Shown: positions 29,932 through 37,780 of the stretch, piece by piece
Layout: every line of letters begins with the position of its first letter
How positions within the stretch are numbered: the first letter of the stretch is position 1
Origin: Planctomycetota bacterium
GTDB lineage: Bacteria; Planctomycetota; UBA1135; GCA-002686595
DNA length: 64,000 nucleotides
Reading direction: 5' to 3'
NCBI GenBank assembly: GCA_028823345.1
Contig: JAPKBR010000009.1
Span: forward strand, 26,551-90,550
Made by a program: the position numbers and the translations under genes
The notes under the pieces: model-generated
The model's database searches: none
Seen by the model: the letters and a program-made list of their open reading frames with translations, nothing else
Told to the model about the DNA's origin: nothing

Positions 29932-30813
29932 TCAGAGCTTCTTGGTGGGAGCGAGACGCTCCATCAAGTGCTCGAGCTGCCGGCGGTCGTTGAATTTCAA
30001 CAGGACCTGCCCCTCGTAGGAATCTGAGCACCGCAACTCTGCCGCAAGGCCCAGGCCCTCTTCGATTCTGCGCTTGAAATCCACCTGCCAAGTGGGGACT
30101 TCTGGACTGACTTTGGGGTCCTTCGATGCGTCTCCGCTGGAGGGCTTCCCGACACCACCGGATGTGGGGACATCGCCGCGCACCAGCTGCTCAGTTGCGC
30201 GCACGGAGAGTTCCCCGCGCACGATTGTTTCCAAGGCTGCGCATTGTTCCTTATGGCCCTCGAATCCGGCCAGGGCCCGCGCATGGCCAAAGGACACGAG
30301 GCCATTCACCAGTGCCTCTTGAACCTCACTGGCCAACAGCAAAAGGCGCAAGTGATTGGCAACCGCGGCGCGGCTGACCCCCACCCGCTGGGCCACCTCC
30401 CCCTGGGTGAGCCCGACTTTGTCCATCATCTCCTTGAAGCCCTTGGCCTTTTCGATGGCGTCCAAGTCCTCGCGCTGAATGTTCTCGATGAGGGCAAGCT
30501 CAAGCACAAGGGCCTCGTCTGCGTCTTTTATGATCACCGGAATCTCGGTTAGACCGGAAAGCCGCGCAGCTCGCCACCGCCGCTCCCCAGCGATAATCTC
30601 ATAGGAGCCATCCACGGCCCGCACGCAAATCGGCTGCATGACCCCGTGGCGCTGGATGCTTTCCTTGAGGGAGTCCAGGGCTTCGGTCACAAAGACCTTG
30701 CGCGGCTGGTTGGGGTTGGGCCGAATCCGAGCAATAGGCAGGTTGCGAGGGATCTCCTCTTGGGCCGGGGTTTTAGGGATTAGGGAGCCGAGGCCGCGTC
30801 CGAGTGCTGTCAT
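29932..30813 (-). CDS. parB: Chromosome partitioning protein ParB/Spo0J
   Basis: LGRGLGSLIP, the GERRWRAA box, an HTH segment, and an adjacent parS array. The Met at 30813 is preferred; the ORF extension to 30861 runs into a parS palindrome. Confidence 0.93.
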   Translation of the reverse strand: MTALGRGLGSLIPKTPAQEEIPRNLPIARIRPNPNQPRKVFVTEALDSLKESIQRHGVMQPICVRAVDGSYEIIAGERRWRAARLSGLTEIPVIIKDADEALVLELALIENIQREDLDAIEKAKGFKEMMDKVGLTQGEVAQRVGVSRAAVANHLRLLLLASEVQEALVNGLVSFGHARALAGFEGHKEQCAALETIVRGELSVRATEQLVRGDVPTSGGVGKPSSGDASKDPKVSPEVPTWQVDFKRRIEEGLGLAAELRCSDSYEGQVLLKFNDRRQLEHLMERLAPTKKL

Positions 30814-30844
30814 TGAAATCGCCGTTTGAAACTTTCCGGAGGTG

Positions 30845-30860
30845 TGTTCCACGTGGAACA
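30845..30860. other. parS site 1 (TGTTCCACGTGGAACA)
   Basis: Perfect 16-bp palindrome, one position different from the Bacillus-type consensus TGTTNCACGTGAAACA. Lies 32 bp upstream of the parB start. Confidence 0.9.
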
Positions 30861-31084
30861 TGCAACTGAGAATACGCCTAGACAGGGGCTGAGCGCAATG
30901 GGTTTAGGGGCCAGGAACAAAAGAAACCATCCCCTGGGGCCTTAGAAGGCGGCATTTTGCCTGTTTTCCCCGGAAAGCCGGTCAAGAGGCGAGGCCTGGA
31001 CGACGGCCCCCCCCCCTGCGGAGCCACCCGTTTTGGTCCCCGGGGCCGAGCCTCTCGGGCAGCGCGGGGTTTTCCCAAACCCTA

Positions 31085-31100
31085 TGTTCCACGTGGAACA
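31085..31100. other. parS site 2 (TGTTCCACGTGGAACA)
   Basis: Identical 16-bp palindrome. Confidence 0.9.
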
Positions 31101-31157
31101 CCCCCCCACCAAAATCAAACGGCTCGGCGGTGTGGACCCGATCCGGGGGCCCAACCA

Positions 31158-31173
31158 TGTTCCACGTGGAACA
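31158..31173. other. parS site 3 (TGTTCCACGTGGAACA)
   Basis: Identical 16-bp palindrome, extended to 22 bp (CCATGTTCCACGTGGAACATGG). Confidence 0.9.
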
Positions 31174-31277
31174 TGGACCTGGCCGGTTTCCTCCTTCAAC
31201 AAGCCGGGGCCAAAAGTACAAAAGCTCCCCGAGGTGGGGCTCCCCCACCATTATCCCAGAGCTGCGCGGCCTGGTAG

Positions 31278-31293
31278 TGTTCCACGTGGAACA
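31278..31293. other. parS site 4 (TGTTCCACGTGGAACA)
   Basis: Identical 16-bp palindrome, extended to 20 bp (AGTGTTCCACGTGGAACACT). Confidence 0.9.
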
Positions 31294-31355
31294 CTCACCT
31301 AAGGCCAAAGTGGAAGGGCCCGGGTGAGCGTAGAGCAAGTCCAGACCCTGGGCCA

Positions 31356-31371
31356 TGTTCCACGTGGAACA
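31356..31371. other. parS site 5 (TGTTCCACGTGGAACA)
   Basis: Identical 16-bp palindrome. Confidence 0.9.
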
Positions 31372-31486
31372 CTCCATTCTCCCCCACCAGGGCACCTAAA
31401 AGCCCCCTTTTGGGCGCTCCAACCCCAAAACTGGAGGGGATCTTGCTAGGCAGAGGCCCCAGAGGAGGTCATGATAGGCACAGCCC

Positions 31487-32164
31487 ATGGCCCCCCCCTC
31501 CTCCCTCATCTCATCACTTCGGGGTACGCTCCGCAGTCCGTGGACGATTGGGCCTTGGGTTGTGGCAGGGATCCTGCTCCCCTATGGGGCGGCATGGACG
31601 AACCTCTCGATCCTGGACCGGCACGGGGCCACCGGCGGGACTCCCACGGAGTTCGCGTTCCTGGCTTCCCTAGTGGCCGTCATGGGCGCAAACGCCGCCC
31701 TCGGGCGGGTGGAGTGGCTCTTAGCTCGCACCGGGCGATGGCAGCGTGTGGGACACGAACTTATGGCCTTGGCGGTACCTGGGCTCCTTGCTCCCCTTGG
31801 GGTCCTGATCATCGGCGCGTTCTATTGGGGCTGGGGCGGCCCTGAGGCCCTGTTGGCCGGGACCGCGGGTGGCATGAAGCTGACCCTCCTCGCCTTGCTG
31901 CTCAATCGTGCGGGTCTGGGCCCGGGAATCTCCGCCGCCCTCTTGCCCCTACTTGGTTGGTGGCTGCCTGCCACCCTGGGCGGAATGCCAGGCGCCGGAC
32001 CTTGGCTGGCATCCCTGCTTAGTGCAGGAACTTGGCCCGCCCCGCATGATTCTGCGTTCGGTTTCGCCGGAGCCCCGGCTGCCCTATCTTTGGCCGGTTG
32101 GTTTGCGCTCCTCCTTGTGTGCACCCCTGGCCGGGGTAGGCATGCGATACGCAATTCTCGGTGA
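31487..32164 (+). CDS. Hypothetical polytopic membrane protein
   Basis: Several hydrophobic Gly/Ala/Leu-rich segments. No family recognised. Overlaps the next gene by 23 nt. Confidence 0.45.
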   Translation: MAPPSSLISSLRGTLRSPWTIGPWVVAGILLPYGAAWTNLSILDRHGATGGTPTEFAFLASLVAVMGANAALGRVEWLLARTGRWQRVGHELMALAVPGLLAPLGVLIIGAFYWGWGGPEALLAGTAGGMKLTLLALLLNRAGLGPGISAALLPLLGWWLPATLGGMPGAGPWLASLLSAGTWPAPHDSAFGFAGAPAALSLAGWFALLLVCTPGRGRHAIRNSR

Positions 32165-32876
32165 CATTCACGCAAACAAAGCTGCGCTAGACGCCGTTTT
32201 AAAGGATATCGCAATTGCTGGGGTGGACCGGATTTTGAGCCTCGGGGATGTGGTCGGCTATGGCGCCGCCCCCCAAGAAACCATCGAAACCCTCCGGGAA
32301 ATCGACGCTGTGGTCATCCGCGGCAACCACGATGAGGCCTGCGCCGGCATGGTGGAGCCGGTTTTTTTCAATCACAACGCACGGGCGGCAGCCCTTTGGA
32401 CCAGAAACCTTTTGACACCGAAGGAAATGGACTGGATCCAAAACTTGCCCCTGACCGTGGACCTCGATGAGTGCTCCTTGGCGCACGGAACCTATGACCA
32501 CGCGCAAGAGTTTCGATATCTAACTTCCGTTGCTTCAGCCAAGGGCAGCCTCGACTCAATGCCGCGCCCAATTTGCTTTGTGGGCCACACCCACCTTCCG
32601 CTTGTCGTGGTACAAACCGAACACGCTCCGGAACAGCTCGCCCGCCCCCTTGCAACTAAAATTAGGCTCAATGACATCCGTCGCGCTGTGATTAACCCAG
32701 GCAGCGTGGGCCAACCCCGTGACGAAGATTCACGGGCTGCCTGGGGCCTGTTTTTGCCCGATGAGGCCACCTACGAGCTACGCCGTGTTGAATACGACAT
32801 CGAACAGGAGGCCCATCGCATAAGGGCTGCTGGCCTTCCCGCGTTCCTGGCAGACCGCCTGCACCTGGGGATTTAG
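32142..32876 (+). CDS. Metallophosphoesterase family protein (YfcE/MJ0936-like)
   Basis: MRYAILGDIHAN, GDVVGYG, GNHDEA and GHTH motifs. The ATG at 32142 is preferred over the ORF start at 31908. Confidence 0.85.
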   Translation: MRYAILGDIHANKAALDAVLKDIAIAGVDRILSLGDVVGYGAAPQETIETLREIDAVVIRGNHDEACAGMVEPVFFNHNARAAALWTRNLLTPKEMDWIQNLPLTVDLDECSLAHGTYDHAQEFRYLTSVASAKGSLDSMPRPICFVGHTHLPLVVVQTEHAPEQLARPLATKIRLNDIRRAVINPGSVGQPRDEDSRAAWGLFLPDEATYELRRVEYDIEQEAHRIRAAGLPAFLADRLHLGI

Positions 32877-34180
32877 CCCCGCAGATAAGCGAGGCTTTCG
32901 GGCAGGTCATCGAGGCCCTGCTCCCCCGCCCCGGCCTCGATCAGACACTGCAAATCGGCAATGGGACGTGCATCCCCTTGGAAGCTCACGGTGCGCGCTT
33001 CTGGGTTGGATCCCGCCAGAATCATGACCTCGAGAATCGAGCCCGCATTGGCCGCTTTATCGCCGATGGTGATTTCTACCGGCGTCCCGTAGTGATTGAC
33101 AACCGCAACAACGAGGGCGATAGGCCGCGCGTGCAATGTGACACCCTCAGGCAAATCCACTTGGACCGTGCCCACGTCGGTGTAGGACGGCAACAATTCC
33201 GCCGCCAAAGAACTGCCCGCCCCCAACGCCCAAATGGCGCGCTCAAGCAAAGTGTTCACGACGATGTCTGTGACCTCTTCACGTCGGATCAGTTTGGTTA
33301 GGCGCTCTTGTGCTTCCGCACCACGCTCACCGCTTTCATGTCGCTCCATGAAGTGAATCAACTGGGTCACGGCCTGCAGCAGATGCAGACAGGTGGAAAT
33401 GTGGCCCCGAAGCAAGGGCAGCCGAGGATCGGATGATTCTTGGGTGGTGTTCTTGATGTGCGTGTCATAGGCAGACTGCAGGTTGTGCACGGTGGCCTCA
33501 AACACCCGGGCGTGCTCTTCCCGGCAACGCTCAAGCAAGAGCGCATCCCGCCCCTTGGGGCATTCCAGCGGCACCAGACCCGCCTGCTCCAGCATCTCGC
33601 AGGCCTGCATGTACTTGCTCGCCACCTCGGCGATCCGCTGGTTTTCATCCGCCAGGTTCTCAATGCCTAGGGTTCGCGGCAGCTGAAAGCGGACCGGTGG
33701 GACCCCGGCTGGTTTTAAAGCGGCAGCTTCGAGGGGCACGCCGATGTCCACCAAGGCAGCCTCATCAAACAGGCCCGTGAGCAGAGTCATGAGGGAACGC
33801 TGCACAAATTCACGGGAACGCTCCAGGCCAAGCTTGAGGCACTCGCTTTGGGCCGCACCCCCATGGCCGTGGATCCCATAACCATCCAGCCGTCGGTGTA
33901 GGTGTTCGAGGGAAAGCCCCGCCAAGCTGAAGCCTCGAATGGATGCGGTCAGCTCCGTGAAAAAGTGATAGCGCGTATTCCAGCGTGCCCCGTAATCATC
34001 GAGGCAAATCTCAAGCTCGTCCGCCTCGCTATGGAGCTCGAACAAGTCGCGCTTGCCCCAGTGCTCGTCCCCACGAGCAAAAAGCGTCCGAGCCCGCAGG
34101 AACAGCCCATTTGACGTGCCGGCCAAAAGGAGGGCAAAGTCATCTTCGGGGACTAGTTTGACGAGGGGGGATTCAGCCAT
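32873..34180 (-). CDS. Protein with a C-terminal HPr (PTS phosphocarrier) domain fused to an uncharacterised ~340-aa helical N-terminal domain
   Basis: The last ~90 aa read VQVDLPEGVTLHARPIALVVAVV...GDKAANAGSILEVMILAG...EAG. This matches the HPr His-15 motif (GLHARPA) and the Ser-46 region (KSIMGVMxLG). The N-terminal part is unrecognised. Confidence 0.7.
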   Translation of the reverse strand: MAESPLVKLVPEDDFALLLAGTSNGLFLRARTLFARGDEHWGKRDLFELHSEADELEICLDDYGARWNTRYHFFTELTASIRGFSLAGLSLEHLHRRLDGYGIHGHGGAAQSECLKLGLERSREFVQRSLMTLLTGLFDEAALVDIGVPLEAAALKPAGVPPVRFQLPRTLGIENLADENQRIAEVASKYMQACEMLEQAGLVPLECPKGRDALLLERCREEHARVFEATVHNLQSAYDTHIKNTTQESSDPRLPLLRGHISTCLHLLQAVTQLIHFMERHESGERGAEAQERLTKLIRREEVTDIVVNTLLERAIWALGAGSSLAAELLPSYTDVGTVQVDLPEGVTLHARPIALVVAVVNHYGTPVEITIGDKAANAGSILEVMILAGSNPEARTVSFQGDARPIADLQCLIEAGAGEQGLDDLPESLAYLRG

Positions 34181-34216
34181 GGAAATTCAGGATGTACGCC
34201 ATTATACCAACTAAAA

Positions 34217-34255
34217 GGCCCGTCTGAGAGGGCCTGAGGGGGCCTGAGGAGGCCT
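34217..34255. repeat. About 3.5 tandem copies of a 10-bp unit GGCCTGAGGN
   Basis: GGCCCGTCTGAGAG GGCCTGAGGG GGCCTGAGGA GGCCT read directly, in the divergent region between the HPr-fusion gene and the sigma factor. Confidence 0.8.
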
Positions 34256-34370
34256 CCTTGAAACATGCCTCAAGGGAACCTGTCCCCTATTCCGATCAAT
34301 CTATCGGCAGGAGAACCTTCCTTGTCCCCCATTTCACTCAACCCCCATCCGTCCCTTCGGGAGGCCCGCT

Positions 34371-35177
34371 ATCAGCTCAGAACGCTGCCTTGAAACCTAC
34401 CTCGTTGAAATCAACGAGGTCTCACTCCTGACAAGGGAAGAAGAGACCGAGCTCGGCACCCGCATTCAAGCGGGCGATGCCGATGCCCGGGAGCACATGA
34501 TTCGGGCCAATTTGCGCCTGGTCGTGTCCGTGGCCAAGCTCTATTCCGGCCGCGGCCTGAACCTGCAGGACCTCATCGCAGAGGGCAATATCGGCCTCAT
34601 GCGGGCCGTGGAAAAGTTTGATCCAGAAGCCGGTTGTCGCTTTTCGACCTACGGGACATGGTGGATTAAACAGTCGATTCGCCGCGCCCTAACCAACACA
34701 GTGCGCTCGGTGCGCGTCCCGGGATACATGTCCGAGATGCTGAATAAGTGGCGCTCCACGTCCACGGAGTTGACCTATGTACTGGGCCGCACCCCCACCG
34801 TGGAGGAAGTCGCCCAAGAGCTCGAAATTCCGCGCGAGTCCTGGCCCCTTCTCAGGCAGGCCCTAGAGAACACATCCGCAAACCAGGTCTCCCTGGACAT
34901 CCTCAGTCAGAATCAGGACACGGTGCAGGACAACCGCACCGCCACTCCCGCTGAATCCGTCACCCAAAAGGACCTGGTTTCGCGCCTGCGCGAGCTGTTG
35001 GGAGCCCTAGGGGAGCGCGACGCGACGATTCTCCGCCTTCGCTATGGCCTCGACCCTGGCATGGAGCCCATGACCCTCAAGGCCATCGGTGAGGTGGTCG
35101 GTGTCACCCGTGAGCGCGTGCGCCAAATCGAACAGGATGCTCTGCGGCAACTGCACGAGACATTGGACGAAAACTAG
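34371..35177 (+). CDS. Sigma-70 family RNA polymerase sigma factor (compact, group 2/3-like); start codon unresolved
   Basis: Region 1.2/2 ([24 protein letters not shown]..., [40 protein letters not shown]), region 3, and region 4 (LRLRYG..., [20 protein letters not shown]). The first ATG (34497) would delete region 1.2-2.1. In-frame ATC at 34371 sits 6 nt after GGGAGG. Confidence 0.8.
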   Translation: MSSERCLETYLVEINEVSLLTREEETELGTRIQAGDADAREHMIRANLRLVVSVAKLYSGRGLNLQDLIAEGNIGLMRAVEKFDPEAGCRFSTYGTWWIKQSIRRALTNTVRSVRVPGYMSEMLNKWRSTSTELTYVLGRTPTVEEVAQELEIPRESWPLLRQALENTSANQVSLDILSQNQDTVQDNRTATPAESVTQKDLVSRLRELLGALGERDATILRLRYGLDPGMEPMTLKAIGEVVGVTRERVRQIEQDALRQLHETLDEN

Positions 35178-35214
35178 CGCATTTGGACGCTAGCGGTCCA
35201 CTGGCGGTTATCCT

Positions 35215-35595
35215 GTGCCCATGGCATCGGGAATTGACCGCGAAGCGCTGGCGATGAGCTTGGCGAGAATGGACCCCCAGCAACACAAGATTGTGGGGGG
35301 CTTATTGGTGGTTCTCTTCCGCCACCCAACGAAGATTCACGACCGTGAATGGCTGCTGGAACAACTCACTGAGGTGGTGGTTCTGGCGGGGGATTTTGAG
35401 AATCCCGAGGCAGTCCAGGACTACCTCAAAACCGAAGTCGACGGCCTCTTGAACGGCGCCATGCGCATTTTTGGTTGCGTGGGGGAAGACCTCGCGCCGC
35501 GCGCGGCAGAGGGTCTGACCCTCGAGGCTGTGATGCTGCAAGCCCTGACCTATCTCGGTCAGTCGGAAGCCGCCCCCAAAGGACCGAAGGGCTAA
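35215..35595 (+). CDS. Hypothetical protein (126 aa)
   Basis: ORF between the sigma factor and hemW, in the same orientation. No family recognised. Confidence 0.45.
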   Translation: MPMASGIDREALAMSLARMDPQQHKIVGGLLVVLFRHPTKIHDREWLLEQLTEVVVLAGDFENPEAVQDYLKTEVDGLLNGAMRIFGCVGEDLAPRAAEGLTLEAVMLQALTYLGQSEAAPKGPKG

Positions 35596-35606
35596 GGCTG
35601 CCTGAG

Positions 35607-36854
35607 ATGAGTTTCCACAAGACCTCGCCACCAGAGCTCGCCCTGCCCCAACCAGAAGAGGGCACGGCGCTCTATGTGCACCTGCCCTTTTGTGCCACCA
35701 AGTGCCACTACTGTGACTTCTTCTCCGTCCCGGCCGAGGGCCAGGACCTTGGAGGCATGGTGGACGCAATCCTGGTGGAGGCGGCGGGGCGCGCACCCAA
35801 GAAACCCAAGACCCTTTTCCTCGGGGGGGGCACCCCGAGCCTCTTACCCGCCAAGTTGCTGAAACGGCTGCTCGACGGTCTGCAAGAGATCACCGGCTGG
35901 CGTGATTCGGTGATCGAGGCCACGGCCGAGTGCAACCCGGAGAGTCTCGACCGGGACAAGGCACGAGCCCTCTTAGACCTTGGCATCCCGCGCCTCTCGG
36001 TGGGGGTGCAAGCCCTCGATGATGAAGTGCTCGAACTCTTTGGCCGCGTCCACAAGGGCCCGGATGGCCTGCGGGCCCTTGAAGCCGCCCGGGAGGCGGG
36101 AGTCGAGCACCTGAGCGCCGATCTGATCTACGCCTGGCCAGGACAGACTCTAGAGCGCTGGGAACACGACCTGGGGGAAGTCCTGGCACTAACTACCCAA
36201 CATATATCCGCCTACAACCTCACATATGAGGAAGAGACCCGGTTCAAGCAATGGCTCGACCAGGGGCGCCTGGCCAAAGCCCCCGAAGAGCTGGAATTGA
36301 CCCTCTTTGAGCGTGCCCGGGAGCTCTGTGGAGAGGCCGGCCTAGGGGCCTATGAGGTGTCTAATTACTCATTAAAGGGACATGAATGTCTCCACAACAT
36401 CAATTACTGGAAGAACGGGACCTACCTGGGTCTGGGCCCTGGGGCCGTCAGCAAGGTTGGCAGTGTTCGAGCCGGAAATCCCCGGGGTATCGCACCCTAT
36501 TTGAGGTGGATCGAGTCCTCCGGCCATGCGACCCAATGGCGCGATGAGCCCAGCGATTTGACCCGCCTCGCCGAGGGCTGGTGGCTCGGCCTACGCCTAG
36601 CGGAGGGCCTCAATCCCGCCCAAGTCCGGGCCGCCGCACACTGGAACGGCCCCCCAGACCAAGACCCGGCCCTCCCCGTGGCCCGTGAAATGATCGAGCT
36701 GGGCCTTCTCGAGATTAAGACCGACCTGGGCGAAGAGCGCTTCTGTTTAACCCCCAAGGGCCGCCCGGTGGCGGACGCCATCGCCGTCCAATTTCTGCGC
36801 AAGGTAGCCGGAGATTGCGACCCCAAATCAGCCCCAGTGGGCGCGCTAGAATGA
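35607..36854 (+). CDS. hemW: Radical SAM heme chaperone HemW (HemN-like, oxygen-independent coproporphyrinogen oxidase family)
   Basis: YVHLPFCATKCHYCDF radical-SAM CxxxCxxC and the HemN C-terminal domain. The ATG at 35607 is preferred over the ORF start at 35475. Confidence 0.88.
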   Translation: MSFHKTSPPELALPQPEEGTALYVHLPFCATKCHYCDFFSVPAEGQDLGGMVDAILVEAAGRAPKKPKTLFLGGGTPSLLPAKLLKRLLDGLQEITGWRDSVIEATAECNPESLDRDKARALLDLGIPRLSVGVQALDDEVLELFGRVHKGPDGLRALEAAREAGVEHLSADLIYAWPGQTLERWEHDLGEVLALTTQHISAYNLTYEEETRFKQWLDQGRLAKAPEELELTLFERARELCGEAGLGAYEVSNYSLKGHECLHNINYWKNGTYLGLGPGAVSKVGSVRAGNPRGIAPYLRWIESSGHATQWRDEPSDLTRLAEGWWLGLRLAEGLNPAQVRAAAHWNGPPDQDPALPVAREMIELGLLEIKTDLGEERFCLTPKGRPVADAIAVQFLRKVAGDCDPKSAPVGALE

Positions 36855-36870
36855 AGCCCTCCTCTCCCGC

Positions 36871-37779
36871 ATGGGAGCAACTGCCATGACCTTCTCTGAC
36901 CGCCTCGACCAAGCCATCGCCCAAAAGGGCAGTCCAGCCCTTGTGGGCCTCGACCCTTTTCTCGACCGCATCCCCACGGAGTTTGCCGCCGTCCACGACC
37001 CCGGGGCCTCACGCGCCGAACAGGCCGCGTCCATGGGGGACTTTCTCTGTGCAGTGATTGACGTGATCTCCGACCGCGTTGCGGCGGTCAAGCCCCAGTC
37101 GGCCTTTTTCGAGGTCCTGGGCCACGATGGAGTTGCCCAATGGGAGCGGGTGGTGGGCCATGCACGAGACGCGGGCTTACTCGTGATCGGAGACGTGAAA
37201 CGCGGGGACATTGGCTCTACCGCCGCCGCCTATGCGACCGCGTTCTTGACCGGAACACCGAAGACTGACCCGCGCACCCTTTGTGATGCGGTCACGGTCA
37301 ACCCACTCTTAGGTCATGATTCGATCACGCCCTTCCTGGAAGCCTGCCGCGAATCGGATACGGGGATTTACATCCTGGTACGCACCTCCAATCCGGGCGG
37401 AGAGCAGTTTCAAACCAAAGGCAACCCGACCTTGACCAACCAAATCGCCGATGCGGTGGTGGCTTGGGGCGAAGAGTTGATTGGGTCCTGTGGCCTTTCT
37501 TCGGTGGGGGCCGTGGTGGGGGCAACACATCCCACCGAGCTCAAAGCCCTGCGCGAGCGCATGCCTAGAACACCCCTGCTACTGCCCGGCTACGGGGCCC
37601 AGGGTGCTGGCGCGGAAGATGTGGTCGCGGGTTTCTTGCCCGGCGGCCGCGGAGTCCTGGTGAATTCCTCCCGGGGCATTTTGTACCCCGCCCGGGATCC
37701 AAAAACCCCTTGGCGCGACGCCACGAGCCAAGCCCTCGACCAAATGCGGGCAGATCTCGCAGCCACGGGAGCTTGCTAG
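36871..37779 (+). CDS. pyrF: Orotidine 5'-phosphate decarboxylase (type 2)
   Basis: Motifs LVGLDP, KPQSAFFE, GDVKRGDIGSTA and PGYGAQG. Confidence 0.9.
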   Translation: MGATAMTFSDRLDQAIAQKGSPALVGLDPFLDRIPTEFAAVHDPGASRAEQAASMGDFLCAVIDVISDRVAAVKPQSAFFEVLGHDGVAQWERVVGHARDAGLLVIGDVKRGDIGSTAAAYATAFLTGTPKTDPRTLCDAVTVNPLLGHDSITPFLEACRESDTGIYILVRTSNPGGEQFQTKGNPTLTNQIADAVVAWGEELIGSCGLSSVGAVVGATHPTELKALRERMPRTPLLLPGYGAQGAGAEDVVAGFLPGGRGVLVNSSRGILYPARDPKTPWRDATSQALDQMRADLAATGAC

Positions 37780-37780
37780 G

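Noticed and set aside
29650-30027. Small ORFs (60-121 aa) in the PPIase-parB gap
   Set aside because: They are mutually overlapping in several frames and partly overlap parB. None has recognisable motifs. The gap is treated as non-coding, with the DnaA-box observation reported separately.
30878-31395. Several 65-137-aa ORFs on both strands in the parS spacer (peptides containing MFHVEH or STWNM)
   Set aside because: The recurring peptides are just translations of the repeated parS palindrome. The ORFs overlap each other in all frames and have no coding signature.
31908-32141. Long N-terminal extension of the metallophosphoesterase ORF
   Set aside because: The family-typical N-terminus MRYAILGDIHAN begins at 32142. 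The extension overlaps the preceding membrane-protein ORF and has no coding character. The extensions at 35475-35606 (hemW), 16800-16910 (flavin reductase), 10762-10884 (nrdJ) and 26427-26498 (DUF374) were rejected for similar reasons.
34265-34392. 42-codon ORF ([14 protein letters not shown]...) upstream of the sigma factor as a separate gene or leader peptide
   Set aside because: There is no support for it as an independent gene. It is retained only as the alternative frameshift explanation in the sigma-factor start finding.
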